A stretch of DNA of 63,693 bases, the filler included, from Barthelona sp. PAP020 (taxonomy: Eukaryota), in assembly GCA_040182905.1 (NCBI GenBank). It is 4 parts of 4 records of this genome, joined end to end, with 100 filler letters (N's around TTAATTAATTAA, not from the genome) between each part and the next. Parts side by side here need not be neighbours in the genome. Positions count along the whole stretch, not along the records: positions 47,877 to 63,693 come from JARQWU010000273.1; 3 more parts are not named here. The stretch is one strand, 5' to 3'. The position numbers and the translations under genes were made by a program. The notes under the pieces were generated by a model. The model saw nothing but the letters and a program-made list of their open reading frames with translations. It was not told the origin of the DNA and ran no database searches. Below, one piece after another: positions 53,366-63,693 of this stretch (positions are counted from its first letter, which is position 1; each line of letters opens with the position of its first letter).

Positions 53366-53911
53366 TTCAATGCTTTCACCTTTTAACAGACTGGACTTCA
53401 GAAAACACCAGCCTTTTGATAAATCATCGCACAACATGATATTTGCAAAACACCAACTTTATATCACAGCTTTCTGTTCATATTTTAGATTTGCAGTGTT
53501 TGGATGAAAGGTGGGTGTAACCCATATTTTATAAACCATTCAATTTTGTTGTTGATAATCAAACATAGAACTTTTGAAGTGAGCTTAGTTTTTCTTTAGT
53601 GTATCAACCTAAGTGAAATCTCCATTGTCCTTCTGTGCTTACTGTGGTTGAGGTCCAATCCATAATTGGTTTGTTTTGACCAGATAGTTGTGAGATACCT
53701 GCGGATAAATACTTTCATATCTTCCTAATTCCTATTGCTTCAGACAATAGGTTGTGGCTTATGAACTTATGATTGGTGAATATCGAAAGAAAAAAAAATA
53801 AAATAAATTAAATAAATAAAAATAAGACATTAAATAATCTTGGGTTTTTCTTTAGAACAAAAACTAATTTATGCACAATTATGCCCTAATATTCAGGAAT
53901 TCTTTTTGAAA

Positions 53912-54235
53912 TTATTTCCAAGCCAAGAAGCACTGTGCGTATGAGTGAATAAGAAAGAATAGTGTTTATTCGGTTAATGTGGAAGTTCATGCTCAATGAA
54001 CGGAATTTATTGGAGATATAAAGAGGTCATCAAATATCACTTCCTTAATTTGTTGTTTCTTGACCACCTTTAGGTCCAATTTTTTCAAGTTACTCGGGCA
54101 TCTGAATCCACGTGAGTTTTTCCCAAACCTTAAGTTAACTCGTTTCGTTGTTCACTGAACAACTCAAACCTCATAAATATCTAATAAAGGTTTTCGAGGC
54201 CCGATTGATCTGTTGAAAAACTTTAAATTTTCTAT
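53912..54235 (+). repeat. Cassette left-end repeat, copy 3, with ~210 bp extra internal sequence
   Basis: 53912-53978 matches 29309-29376; AGGCCCGATTGATCTGTTGA at ~54197 matches ~29384; the intervening 53979-54187 is absent from copies 1 and 2. Confidence 0.82.
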
Positions 54236-54244
54236 GTTAAATCT

Positions 54245-54712
54245 GTGCATATCAGTCCCATTATGAAGTACTTTGCATCTGTTAACGAAGGTGGATGTTC
54301 AAAGTTGTTTTCATTGGAAACGTATGAAGAGCTTCACACATGGAAATATGATAAATATGGGGGCATACCAGGCAAATTTTCACCCGATGGTGCTTATTGG
54401 GTGACAGGTGATGATGTTGGCACAGTCAGGATATTTGATGTTGAATCGAGAGAGTTGTTGAGAAAGCATTATGTTCACAGTGCTAGAATAAACTCAATCA
54501 TCTTCTCTCAAGATGGATCATTATTCTATACTGGTTCTAATGATAGATCATTTGCTGTGATTGAAAGAGAAACCGGTCGAATGTTGCAGAAAGTGTATGT
54601 ACCTTTTGCAATTTATGCTATGGCCCTCAACCATGATGGAACTCGTTTGTTGTGCAGTGGTTACAATTGGAATTGTGTAGAAATTCAAGAATTCATTGCC
54701 TCAGACATGTAA
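54245..54712 (+). pseudogene. 5'-truncated WD40 gene (3-4 blades)
   Basis: FSPDGAYWVTGDDVGTVRIFD, HSARINSIIFSQDGSLFYTGSND. The frame opens mid-blade (YVKSVHISP) straight after a stop inside repeat copy 3. Confidence 0.65.
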
Positions 54713-56204
54713 TTCTTCACAATATATTATCCACTTGTATCCCATGATTTCATGTTTCTCCCCGCTTTTCAGGTTTTTTGACTTGTAAATTTAAAACACA
54801 TTTTCATTTGATCGTTAACCAAATAAAACCATAATAATTGAATGATTTGAAATATTTAAGATCCCAACCTTTTTCATAAATTTAAAAGACTTTAATTTTT
54901 ATGTTAACCGATTACGCTGGGTTTGGTATACTTAGAAGTTTTTCGTTAACGAAAATTTTGGGCTGTTCGACGCCTAAAAAAAAATAATGCGACCTAAAGG
55001 ATTAAATTCAGGATTCTTGAAGTGAAGAATTGCTTTTGTTGACGTTATCTCTTTGTTTGAGGTCTTATCTGAAGTTTCTTCGACTTTTGTTGAACTCTCC
55101 GAGTAATGCTGGAATCTTAACTACTGTCCTATATGTGGGTTTTACATGTCTTCTTTATGAAAATATTTGTAAAATCTTTACATTTTTTTTTTCCTCTTGT
55201 TTTTGCGATGTCTCATCGTTTGGATAAACATTATTCTATTTGCACCAATTCAACGATTTGACTAGGATGGACTCTCAGGCACTCACATCTTGCAAAGTGA
55301 TCTGAAGAATTCATTTAACATGGCATTTATCAACAACAGAAAGTCTCTTTAAAGCACAATCTTTTAAATTGCACGTGACACTTTGAATCTCCTACCAATA
55401 ACATGAAACCTCTAGTTCACTTGTGATTTTACTGTTTTTGTGCTTTCAAGAGAAGTTAGGCATTTTGAAATTGAAGAACTTTGATCAATCAAGTCTCAAA
55501 AACATTAAAACAATTCTTTGGTTGGGGTTCATCCAATTTAATTTTCTAAGAAAAGAAATGGAGAAATCTCACTGTTGAATATTTTGGGAAAGTTTAGCCT
55601 TGAGAAGGAAATAAACGGGAAAATTCAATTCTAACCAGCAGGCATGAAAATGTAGTCTCTCTCAGTTATTTTGTTGTTTTGAGAAAGCTTTTTTTATGTT
55701 TCAACTTTCATTTTTGAAAAATTCATTGTTTTGATATCAATAGTGCCTTGAAAGTCATCAAAAAAATAGGCGCTGTTCTTTTTATACATTTATTTGTGGA
55801 GTACTTTTTGACTTAGAAATTACAAGATAGAAATTTTCAGTTCTTCCTTATTTCCATTAATACGAAACTTTGTCATCACTTACTTAAAATTTTTGACCTT
55901 TTGCAAGTGAACTGCAAGAAGTCCTTTGCATTGGAAAAAAGTTTCAAGAAAATCGGAGCCTTCCAGCTCCTTTAAACAATTAACACTGTAACAATTTCAA
56001 ATACCACATAAAAAGCCCTTTCAGCTGGACAGCCTATGAAATCAAAGAATTAGGACTGAGAGATTCTTAAATGGAATGCTGTATTCCCTACGATGAATAA
56101 AGATAAAGTTTTATCACTTTTTAATCAGCTGTAGCGACATTCTCAAGTTTAGAAAGTTTTAGAAAACGTTTCGTGCAAAGAAAAAAATAAAAATACATTT
56201 TATT

Positions 56205-59200
56205 TCACTTCATTTTGTTGTAATCGCCAAAAATTACTTTGTACAAATAAAAATTGTCCCCATACTCACCTTTTAATCTTTCCACTTTATTCTGAATTTT
56301 GGCACGAGAACTGTTGATCTCTCTTTCTAAGATTTGAATTCTTCTAATTGTATCTTCTTTCTTTTTGGTAAGTTGTTCAAATGTCAACGAATCTTGATGA
56401 ACAAAATTTAACAGAGTTTCAGTAAAATAATCATCATCTGATTGATATGAATGCTCCAGGTTACTCAAGTCTTGTTCAATATCTCTCAATTCAGCTTTTA
56501 ATCTACTCTGTTCTCTATTGAGTATTTTGATATTTCTGTGATCAGCAGTGAGATAAGTGAAGTCATTCTTTGCATCTTCATCTTGCTTTTCATACTCCTC
56601 AAATCTTCTTTTTCTTTCCTTAAGATCAGAAATTGATTCTTCTAGATTTCCAATGATATTCTCAAAATCATCTTTTTTGATCTTTAAATCCTTTTGAACA
56701 ACATGAGCTTCTTTTAATTCATCTCTAATAGCATCTAAAAACCTATTGGCTTCATCGTTATATTCATCAATATCTTGATGGAAATTTATCTTTTCAGCGA
56801 ATTGATTAAACAAAAATCTTTCCTTTTCAGCATTTTTGCTATGTTTTAAATATTCTTCTTCCAATGATTGGTTTTCCTCAACCAAAAAAGCAATTCTGTT
56901 TAATAAATTGCTGATTTCATTGTTATTTTGTTCAATTCTGTTATTGAAGCCAATCTTTTGCTCACACTCTCTTTGATATTGAACAAGATGATTGTCGATT
57001 TCATCACAAATCTTAATACCCTTTTCTGCCCTGTTTGTTCTTAAACCATCACTAAATTGAATCTGAAAATCAATATCTCTTTCCAATCTTCTCATTTCAT
57101 TCTCATATTCATCTTTTTTCTTGTCACACTCTTGCACACGTTCTTCAGCTTCTCTTATAAATTCTTTACGACTTCTTTTCAATTTTTCATAGGACTTGTG
57201 AATCTTGTCAAAAATATCTCTGGCTTCATTTCCTAACCGTTGCATTTCTTTCATCTTATCTTCAGTCATTTTTGTTGATTTTGGACGTTTTTCAACCATC
57301 TCTTGTTGTTTTTCACTGAAAACCCGCAAAAACTCAGTCAATTCCGCTCTATTTCTTCTAATATCATTAATTTTAACGCTAAGCAAATCTTCAACTTGAA
57401 TTTCTTCAACATTTTGATAGTCTCTTTCAAGATATTCTCTTTTATTAACATATTCTTTAATAGTGTCAATTTCAGGAATAACAGGATATCCTTGAAGTTC
57501 TTTAATATCAGTTAACTCTTCTTCCACTTCATTTTCAATTGTATCCCAAAAGAAATCACGATTATCTTTTGCTTGCTTTTCGTAATCCATCCACATACCT
57601 TTTAAAGTTTCTATGAAGAAATTTGCATCATCTGTTATTTCAATACCAATATTTGGACTGCTAACCATTGGTGATCGCATCTTGTATGTCTTTCCAAAAC
57701 GAGATGTTTTTGATCCCGAAGTTGGTGTATTTCTGTGATACGATTTAGACTCTTTTATCATTGGCGATTGTCTTGTCATTCTGAAAGGCGAAAAAGTTGC
57801 AGCTTTTGTTTGTAAAAAGTCAAATTGATAATTATTTGCACTACTATCAATTAAAGGTTCACTTTTTTCCATTCTTTCACTTATCTTTGTGTTTGAATAC
57901 ATCGAATCAGCATATTTAAAACATGCCTCTTCATACTCCAAATCAATATCTTTAATTTGCTTCTTCAAATTTTTATGATTACAGAAAGCTTCAAATATAT
58001 CACCATTAGTAAAAAACATGGGCTCTAATGCAAGAGTTTGAAGGGAATAATTATTATATAGTGATTTACAAATGCTTCTGCTGATAAACACTGAAACTTC
58101 GATCAAAGGATTTCCAAGCAGGTTAACACTCTCTAGTTTTGAAACATTCTGAAGATATTGAAAAATTTCAAAATAATCATCTTTTGTTAGATTACAATGG
58201 GAAAGGTCTAATAGTTTAATTTCGTTCTTTTTCTCATTAAATACCTCACACAATCTGCTGACATCAATATTATTATTTGCCAAAATTAACTCGTGCAAAT
58301 CTTTATCAACTTTCATCAAGTAATCAATCAAATCATCACTAATAATATCACCACCTTCAACATTAAGATATTTCAAATTGACAACAGCACGTAATGCTGT
58401 ATCAAACAAAAATTTACTTGCTTCCCGACTAAGTCTATTGAAAGATAAATCCAATCTATTCATATCATACTTCATATCACTAGATATTGGCAAAATACTC
58501 TTCAAATGAGATTCAGTTCGCAAAGAACAATTTGATAATCTTAACTCTGTGACAGAATGTTGAATTTGATCAACATTTTGATTTCTTGATTCCCAAAAAG
58601 ATCTTAATCCATCACAAAGACCTCGCACATTGGTAACTCCTTCTAAATCAATCTTCAAAACCGATGGCAAATATTTTAACAACTCAAATAAAATGTCAAT
58701 ATATTTACTTGTTGAATGATCAAATTGAATCTTTATTTCAGTAAGTATTTCAAGATCTCGTGAATTTTTGGGAATTTTATGGAAAATTTCAAGAATTTTT
58801 TTAAAATCATTGTGTACATTATTTCCCATGTTTAAATCATTGTAAAAACTGTTATATTTTTCTTTTCTTAAACTTGTATACATATATGTCAAAGCAATAT
58901 TTTCAAGAAACACATTGAATTGTTCATCAGTAATATAGGATTGTTTTTGTTTTTGTTCATTCAAATGAATTTTAATGTTTGTATCAATATTTTTCAAAAG
59001 TTCAATATCTTTTTCTTGAACAAAATTTTGATTCAGATAAATGTCTTGAATATTATTGTTATTTGAAATAATACCATTTGAATACAAGAATTTTCCATTG
59101 ATGAAGTTATCCTCCAGGAAAATCTTTCTTAAATGCTGAAATTTATCACAAATCAATTCCCAAAACTCAAAACTATTGTACGATCCAATCGCATTTTCAG

Positions 59201-59819
59201 AAAGATCCAATATTTCAAGCTTTGGAAAACTTTTGTGTAAATTGTACAAACCATTGTAAAAATCATCTCGAGGACCGTTAGAATGTATATAATTTCCTTT
59301 TAGAATCAAACTTTTAATATTAGAATGTTTTATTGAAAAATTTCTTGTCACATTTCTTAAAGTTAAACCACAATAACTTAAATCTAATTCATTACTATCA
59401 CCAAACAACCCATTATCTATCATTAAATTAAAACCATAATCAAATATTGGATTATTTGCTATCAATAAAATTGGTATATTTCCTGCTTTTTTCGTTTCTT
59501 CCACATATTCTTCAATAAAATCACTTGTCAAATTATTGCTCTTAACATCTAATAATTTTAATGACAATTTATTCTTTAAAATATTTAACAAAGACCTTTT
59601 GTGCATTTTTGAATTCAATCCACATTTGTTGAAATGAATTTCTTTAAAAAGTCCTTTGGCACAAATGGTTCTTACCAATTGATTCAAAAGGTTTTCAGAT
59701 ATTATTTCATTGTTGTAATCAAAATACAATTCAATTTCATTTTCATTTTCAAAATTTTCAATTCTTTCCAGAACCTCTTCTATTCTATCTATTTCTTCTT
59801 TTCTAAACGAAACTTTCAT
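56205..59819 (-). CDS. RI-like leucine-rich-repeat protein with long C-terminal coiled coil
   Basis: LxxLDLSxNxI units (LEILDLSENAIG, LRLSNCSL, LDLSFNRL, LDLSHCNL) followed by an E/K/R-rich heptad region. Confidence 0.85.
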   Translation of the reverse strand: MKVSFRKEEIDRIEEVLERIENFENENEIELYFDYNNEIISENLLNQLVRTICAKGLFKEIHFNKCGLNSKMHKRSLLNILKNKLSLKLLDVKSNNLTSDFIEEYVEETKKAGNIPILLIANNPIFDYGFNLMIDNGLFGDSNELDLSYCGLTLRNVTRNFSIKHSNIKSLILKGNYIHSNGPRDDFYNGLYNLHKSFPKLEILDLSENAIGSYNSFEFWELICDKFQHLRKIFLEDNFINGKFLYSNGIISNNNNIQDIYLNQNFVQEKDIELLKNIDTNIKIHLNEQKQKQSYITDEQFNVFLENIALTYMYTSLRKEKYNSFYNDLNMGNNVHNDFKKILEIFHKIPKNSRDLEILTEIKIQFDHSTSKYIDILFELLKYLPSVLKIDLEGVTNVRGLCDGLRSFWESRNQNVDQIQHSVTELRLSNCSLRTESHLKSILPISSDMKYDMNRLDLSFNRLSREASKFLFDTALRAVVNLKYLNVEGGDIISDDLIDYLMKVDKDLHELILANNNIDVSRLCEVFNEKKNEIKLLDLSHCNLTKDDYFEIFQYLQNVSKLESVNLLGNPLIEVSVFISRSICKSLYNNYSLQTLALEPMFFTNGDIFEAFCNHKNLKKQIKDIDLEYEEACFKYADSMYSNTKISERMEKSEPLIDSSANNYQFDFLQTKAATFSPFRMTRQSPMIKESKSYHRNTPTSGSKTSRFGKTYKMRSPMVSSPNIGIEITDDANFFIETLKGMWMDYEKQAKDNRDFFWDTIENEVEEELTDIKELQGYPVIPEIDTIKEYVNKREYLERDYQNVEEIQVEDLLSVKINDIRRNRAELTEFLRVFSEKQQEMVEKRPKSTKMTEDKMKEMQRLGNEARDIFDKIHKSYEKLKRSRKEFIREAEERVQECDKKKDEYENEMRRLERDIDFQIQFSDGLRTNRAEKGIKICDEIDNHLVQYQRECEQKIGFNNRIEQNNNEISNLLNRIAFLVEENQSLEEEYLKHSKNAEKERFLFNQFAEKINFHQDIDEYNDEANRFLDAIRDELKEAHVVQKDLKIKKDDFENIIGNLEESISDLKERKRRFEEYEKQDEDAKNDFTYLTADHRNIKILNREQSRLKAELRDIEQDLSNLEHSYQSDDDYFTETLLNFVHQDSLTFEQLTKKKEDTIRRIQILEREINSSRAKIQNKVERLKGEYGDNFYLYKVIFGDYNKMK

Positions 59820-59916
59820 AATTTGATATTTGATTTGATAAAAATAAATTTTCTATTTTCTTACATACATTGATTTATGATTACATTATTTGTTTGCAAA
59901 AAATTAACAAACAAAT

Positions 59917-60825
59917 CTATTTGCAAGGATCTACTTCAATTGTTTCAAAGGAACCAACACCACCAATCCAAGTCTCAACTGAATCAGCACATTCTTCTTT
60001 TATAACACTGTTCAACTCATTTTGAATATCGTTCAATACTCTGCAATTATCCGGTAATTTATCATTTCCGATTTTAATAATTCTTCTCAGCATGAATTGA
60101 TCATCTGCAATAAAAGCACCATCCACCCTTCTGAATTTTTCAGTGATAAAATTCTCTACCCTCACAGTATATCCCAACTTTGACGTTACAGCTATTACCT
60201 CTTGCCTGATAACACTGTCAAAAACTTTGGGACCGATTGGTGGAGTGATTAAATTATTCCCTTCTATTATGAAAACGTTAGAATGTGAAGATTCAAAAAC
60301 ATTTTCATTGTGTCTATCGTAAAAAATCACATCATCGTAACCTTCATCCATGGCTTGTTTCAATAATAACAGTGAGGGAAGCAAAGAAGTGCTTCTTATT
60401 TGAGAATGATATCCTCTTGAATCTGCGCATAAGACGCAATTGATTGCTTTACTTTGGTCTATCTTGAAAGAGTTATGAATTTCAGTTGAAATCAGATAAT
60501 TTGCTGAAAAATGTCGTGGTATTTCCCAATACACATTAGAGCAGCTTCCAGGAGTTCCTAATAAAGTAACAACTCCGTTTATAATACTATTTCGAGACAA
60601 TAAATTGTCAACAACCTTTTCCAATTCTGATGAAGATGGAATATGAATAAGTCCCAAATTTTGACATGAATGGCGAAATTTTGTCAAATGATCAAAACAT
60701 TTGAACAATTTTCCATTAAATACTGGAATAACTTCATAGCATCCTGTTCCATAAAATAATCCGAAATCCTCAAAGGAACATTTTGGATTTTCAGTTAATA
60801 TTCCATTTACCCATGACCATGTCAT
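59917..60825 (-). CDS. Fold-type IV aminotransferase, D-amino-acid aminotransferase-like (catalytic Lys apparently Arg)
   Basis: WVNG...EDFGLFYGTGCYEVIPVFNGKLF...H, VFESSHSNVFII...LITPP; QIRSTSLL aligns with the DAAT segment DIKSLNLL. Confidence 0.85.
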   Translation of the reverse strand: MTWSWVNGILTENPKCSFEDFGLFYGTGCYEVIPVFNGKLFKCFDHLTKFRHSCQNLGLIHIPSSSELEKVVDNLLSRNSIINGVVTLLGTPGSCSNVYWEIPRHFSANYLISTEIHNSFKIDQSKAINCVLCADSRGYHSQIRSTSLLPSLLLLKQAMDEGYDDVIFYDRHNENVFESSHSNVFIIEGNNLITPPIGPKVFDSVIRQEVIAVTSKLGYTVRVENFITEKFRRVDGAFIADDQFMLRRIIKIGNDKLPDNCRVLNDIQNELNSVIKEECADSVETWIGGVGSFETIEVDPCK

Positions 60826-61110
60826 TGTAAAATAGAAGAATGGTACTATATTGAATGGTGTTTACAAAGTCAGTAATTTTTGTAAACCACTAAACTGCAA
60901 CAAAAGTGTTTTTTTTATTAACACAATAAAAATGATAGGTCCTGGTGTGAAATTGAATCAATACCCAAAACATCAAAAATCATTTTTTTGAACAGCATTT
61001 CTTTTGTCTCATCATTAAGAATAAAAACACTGATCCAATAAATTTGGACGGTATGAACAAACAAGTTTGAGAAATTTTATCAATTCACATTTTTTTTTTA
61101 AATAGTTTAT

Positions 61111-61888
61111 ATGACTGAACCTAATCAGGAACCGTCTCTTGATCTTGATTTAAGTTTAGATTTGGATATTTCTTTAGTTAAATCCAAAAAGGACAAATCC
61201 AAAAAGAAAGACAAGAAAGATAAGAAAAGACAAGAAAGATAAGAAAGACAAAAAGGATAAGAAAGAAAGTAAATCCAAATCCAAAGGAATGAAATCTTTG
61301 GATGAAATTATTGCCAATCACAAACCAAAGAAAACAAAAAAAGATGATGGTTTAGGTTTTTTCAGAGGAGATGATTCTGCTCATATTTCTCAAGAGAAAG
61401 CAACACAAATGGAAGCTGTTGCTGAAAATTATTATGGCTTTTTAGATCGTGTTTATGATATGATGTCTAAAGATAATATTTCTATCTCTGATGAAAGTAG
61501 AAACATTAAAATCCCTCCTCCTCGTACTTCTTTCTTATCCAAAAAAACTGTTATCTCCAATTTCCAAGAAATTTGTCAAGCTTTGGGAAGACCAATGGAT
61601 CATGTTTCCAGTTTCTTATTTGCTGAAGTTTCTGCAGAAGGCAATCTTGATGGTTCTAATCGTTTGATTGTTCGTGGTGCTAAAGTTAGACCTGGTGCCT
61701 TGGAAGAAATATTAACCAAATATGTTCTCAAATTTGTTCAATGCAAAACTTGCGGCCTTACCGATACAGATTTACAAAAGGAAGGAAAATTATGGGTTGT
61801 TCAATGTAACAAATGTAAGAGTAAAAACTCGGTTGATGATATTAAGAGAGGTTATGTTGCTAAAGTTACAAGACGCAAACGCACATAA
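61111..61888 (+). CDS. EIF2S2: Translation initiation factor eIF2-beta (one-base frameshift in the N-terminal Lys-rich repeat)
   Basis: YYGFLDRVY, KKTVISNFQEIC..LGR..DHVSSFLFAE, GNLDGSNRLIVRG, C4 zinc ribbon CKTC..CNKC. The upstream ATG 61111 frame joins the 61289 ORF if one A is removed at 61225-61228. Confidence 0.92.
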
Positions 61889-61920
61889 AAATAAATTATT
61901 ACTTTCTATTTTTATTTTTT

Positions 61921-63285
61921 ATGAGTTTGGCTCAAATTGAAGCAATATTATCTACAGCTCTAGAAGATGATAAACAACAAAGATATCATCGAGCATTTAC
62001 TTTGTACAGTCGAACTTTACAAATGATTTCAACTTCTTTGTTAAATAATGATAATGAAACAGCAATACCTGTTTTATTGAAATATATTGGAAAGATTAAC
62101 ACTAGATTAGAGAATATATATCCAAAAATTGAAGGTAAAAGGAATTTATCATTATTGAAGGAATATGATTTGCTTCATCAACCAATTCCTGAAAATTTGA
62201 TTGATTACAGTAATATTAGCGATGTTTATTACATAATTGAGATAATTCAACAACAAGCAAATGAACAAAACAGCATGTTGTTGAGAGCAAAACATTCAAA
62301 TAATGGTCTTGAAAATGGATTATTGTTATCACGACAGATAGTTGAAAACAACAATATGGCAAAAATACGAATTGAAGGAATTTTAAAGAAATCAGAGAAG
62401 GAAAGGAAGAAAGACAGGAAAGTGAATAAAGTTAAAGATTCACAACATTTATCTAATGACGAGTTGTGGATTAATGAAGATCTTTGTGTTGATCAAACCC
62501 TGGTTAACAGTATTTTAAATCAACACTTGTTAAAAACTCTCAAATCAACATCACAAAATCCATTAAAACAATATTTTAATGAACAAAAGGCAAGAATTTT
62601 TAATTTATTTGAAATTCATCATTCTGATGAAAGCGAATTGCTTGGAAAAATAATTTCTGAACATTCTTCTGTATTAATTGATTTTCATAGATTTCTTTTG
62701 AAACGATACACATCATTGCATCAAAATCATCTGATTTATACTATTTTTTATCGAAGAATCATTGAAGTTTTTGAAAATGAAATTTATCAAAAGGTGTTTC
62801 CTATTTTTCAACAAGCATTTCATTCTGAGCAAGACAAAATTGCAAAATTCTTTGAAAATAATCCCCTATTTGTTTCTCCATCTATTTTTGAAATGAACAT
62901 AGAGTTCATTGTTTCAGAAGAAGAACTTCCTTCATTAAACAATGACCCCTCATTATTCAGTTGTTTAAAAGCCATCGAATGTATACATCTTCTCGAGCAA
63001 GAATATTCTCCAGAGAAAAAAATGGCTCGTATTGGTGAAGCTTTAAAGGCAATCGAAGAAACAGCAAACATTTGGTATGATTTGCAAGAAAAGGAATGTT
63101 TTCTGGGTTCTGACGAATTGATTGACCCTTTGACATATATTTTGTTTATTTCACAATTTCCAGATTTAATAGCCACATCCCAATATGTCAACACTTTTTT
63201 AGACTCAAATCTAAGAAATGAAACACCAGGCTATTTTGCTTCATTGTTAGAATCTTCCCTTGATGTTATTAGAAGGGTAGTTTAA
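61921..63285 (+). CDS. MIT-like N-terminus plus VPS9 domain Rab5-GEF (VPS9D1-like)
   Basis: ALEDDKQQRYHRAFTLY MIT-like start; SPEKKM, LGSDELIDPLTYIL, GYFASLLESSL VPS9 motifs. Confidence 0.8.
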   Translation: MSLAQIEAILSTALEDDKQQRYHRAFTLYSRTLQMISTSLLNNDNETAIPVLLKYIGKINTRLENIYPKIEGKRNLSLLKEYDLLHQPIPENLIDYSNISDVYYIIEIIQQQANEQNSMLLRAKHSNNGLENGLLLSRQIVENNNMAKIRIEGILKKSEKERKKDRKVNKVKDSQHLSNDELWINEDLCVDQTLVNSILNQHLLKTLKSTSQNPLKQYFNEQKARIFNLFEIHHSDESELLGKIISEHSSVLIDFHRFLLKRYTSLHQNHLIYTIFYRRIIEVFENEIYQKVFPIFQQAFHSEQDKIAKFFENNPLFVSPSIFEMNIEFIVSEEELPSLNNDPSLFSCLKAIECIHLLEQEYSPEKKMARIGEALKAIEETANIWYDLQEKECFLGSDELIDPLTYILFISQFPDLIATSQYVNTFLDSNLRNETPGYFASLLESSLDVIRRVV

Positions 63286-63693
63286 GTGTGCTCAATCCTT
63301 TAATAGTGTTTTTATTGCGTGAAGCTATTTTTGATTGATTTGAAAACCAAGAATATTTCCACATTTCAAATTTTATTGTTAAAAATTTCAATATTTCGTT
63401 GGAATTTTTTGTTTTTGTAAATTCCTGTTTATTTACCTTTTATTTTCATATTTTCTTTTTTTAATAAACAAAAAGTGAACGTGGTTCATAAAAGTAAAAA
63501 GGAAATTGGTTCTTCTTTTATTCACAAAAAGCAAAACTGTGACCAAAGAAAAAATCAACCAACAAATACGGCTTACTATTTTTTACAAATCTACAAATAA
63601 AAAAATTTTTGAATTTTTCTCTTTTGAATATTATTGATCACGAATCATTAGGAATACTCTCTTCAAAGCTCTGGCTTCATCAGCAATTGTTGG

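Noticed and set aside
53625..53654. Minus-strand ACCTCAACCACAGTAAGCACAGAAGG as the missing 5S 5' end
   Set aside because: Mismatches in helix I and wrong spacing to AGAAGG; probably chance.
54940..54955. Perfect 16-bp palindrome TTTTCGTTAACGAAAA
   Set aside because: Isolated and AT-rich, with no associated element ends.
1..63693. Alternative genetic code (stop-codon reassignment)
   Set aside because: Conserved genes are uninterrupted in the standard code, and TAA, TAG and TGA all occur as terminators at expected C-termini.

Overview
The window is not contiguous. It is four ~15.8-kb contigs (1-15865, 15966-31838, 31939-47776, 47877-63693) joined by artificial 100-bp spacers (N44-TTAATTAATTAA-N44). 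The DNA is from a very AT-rich, gene-dense, intron-poor microbial eukaryote using the standard genetic code. Centriole/cilium-type genes suggest a flagellate, and a stand-alone flavodoxin is compatible with an anaerobe; the lineage cannot be fixed from this window. About 35 mostly single-exon genes are present. Recognisable ones include a PQ-loop transporter, AGC kinase, SPCS3, CHD1-like remodeller, Atg13, amino-acid permease, uridine kinase, prefoldin 4, U2AF65, CCDC77, PP4R3, HAUS4, profilin, eIF2-beta and a VPS9 protein. Only two short introns are evident (prefoldin 4 CDS, profilin 5' UTR). The most unusual material is accessory. (i) A repeated cassette with a shared left end occurs three times; two copies carry ankyrin genes built of near-identical 99-bp units that vary at the binding-surface positions, and one abuts a 5'-truncated WD40 ORF. 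(ii) A 5'-truncated 5S rRNA copy lies ~540 bp from a 134-bp GC-rich fold-back packed with GCGNAGC mini-hairpins. (iii) There are several apparent pseudo-enzymes: a D-amino-acid-aminotransferase-like protein with Lys->Arg, a degenerate transmembrane cyclase, and a pseudo-GTPase-like ORF. All family assignments are from motif recognition by eye; no database searches were run.
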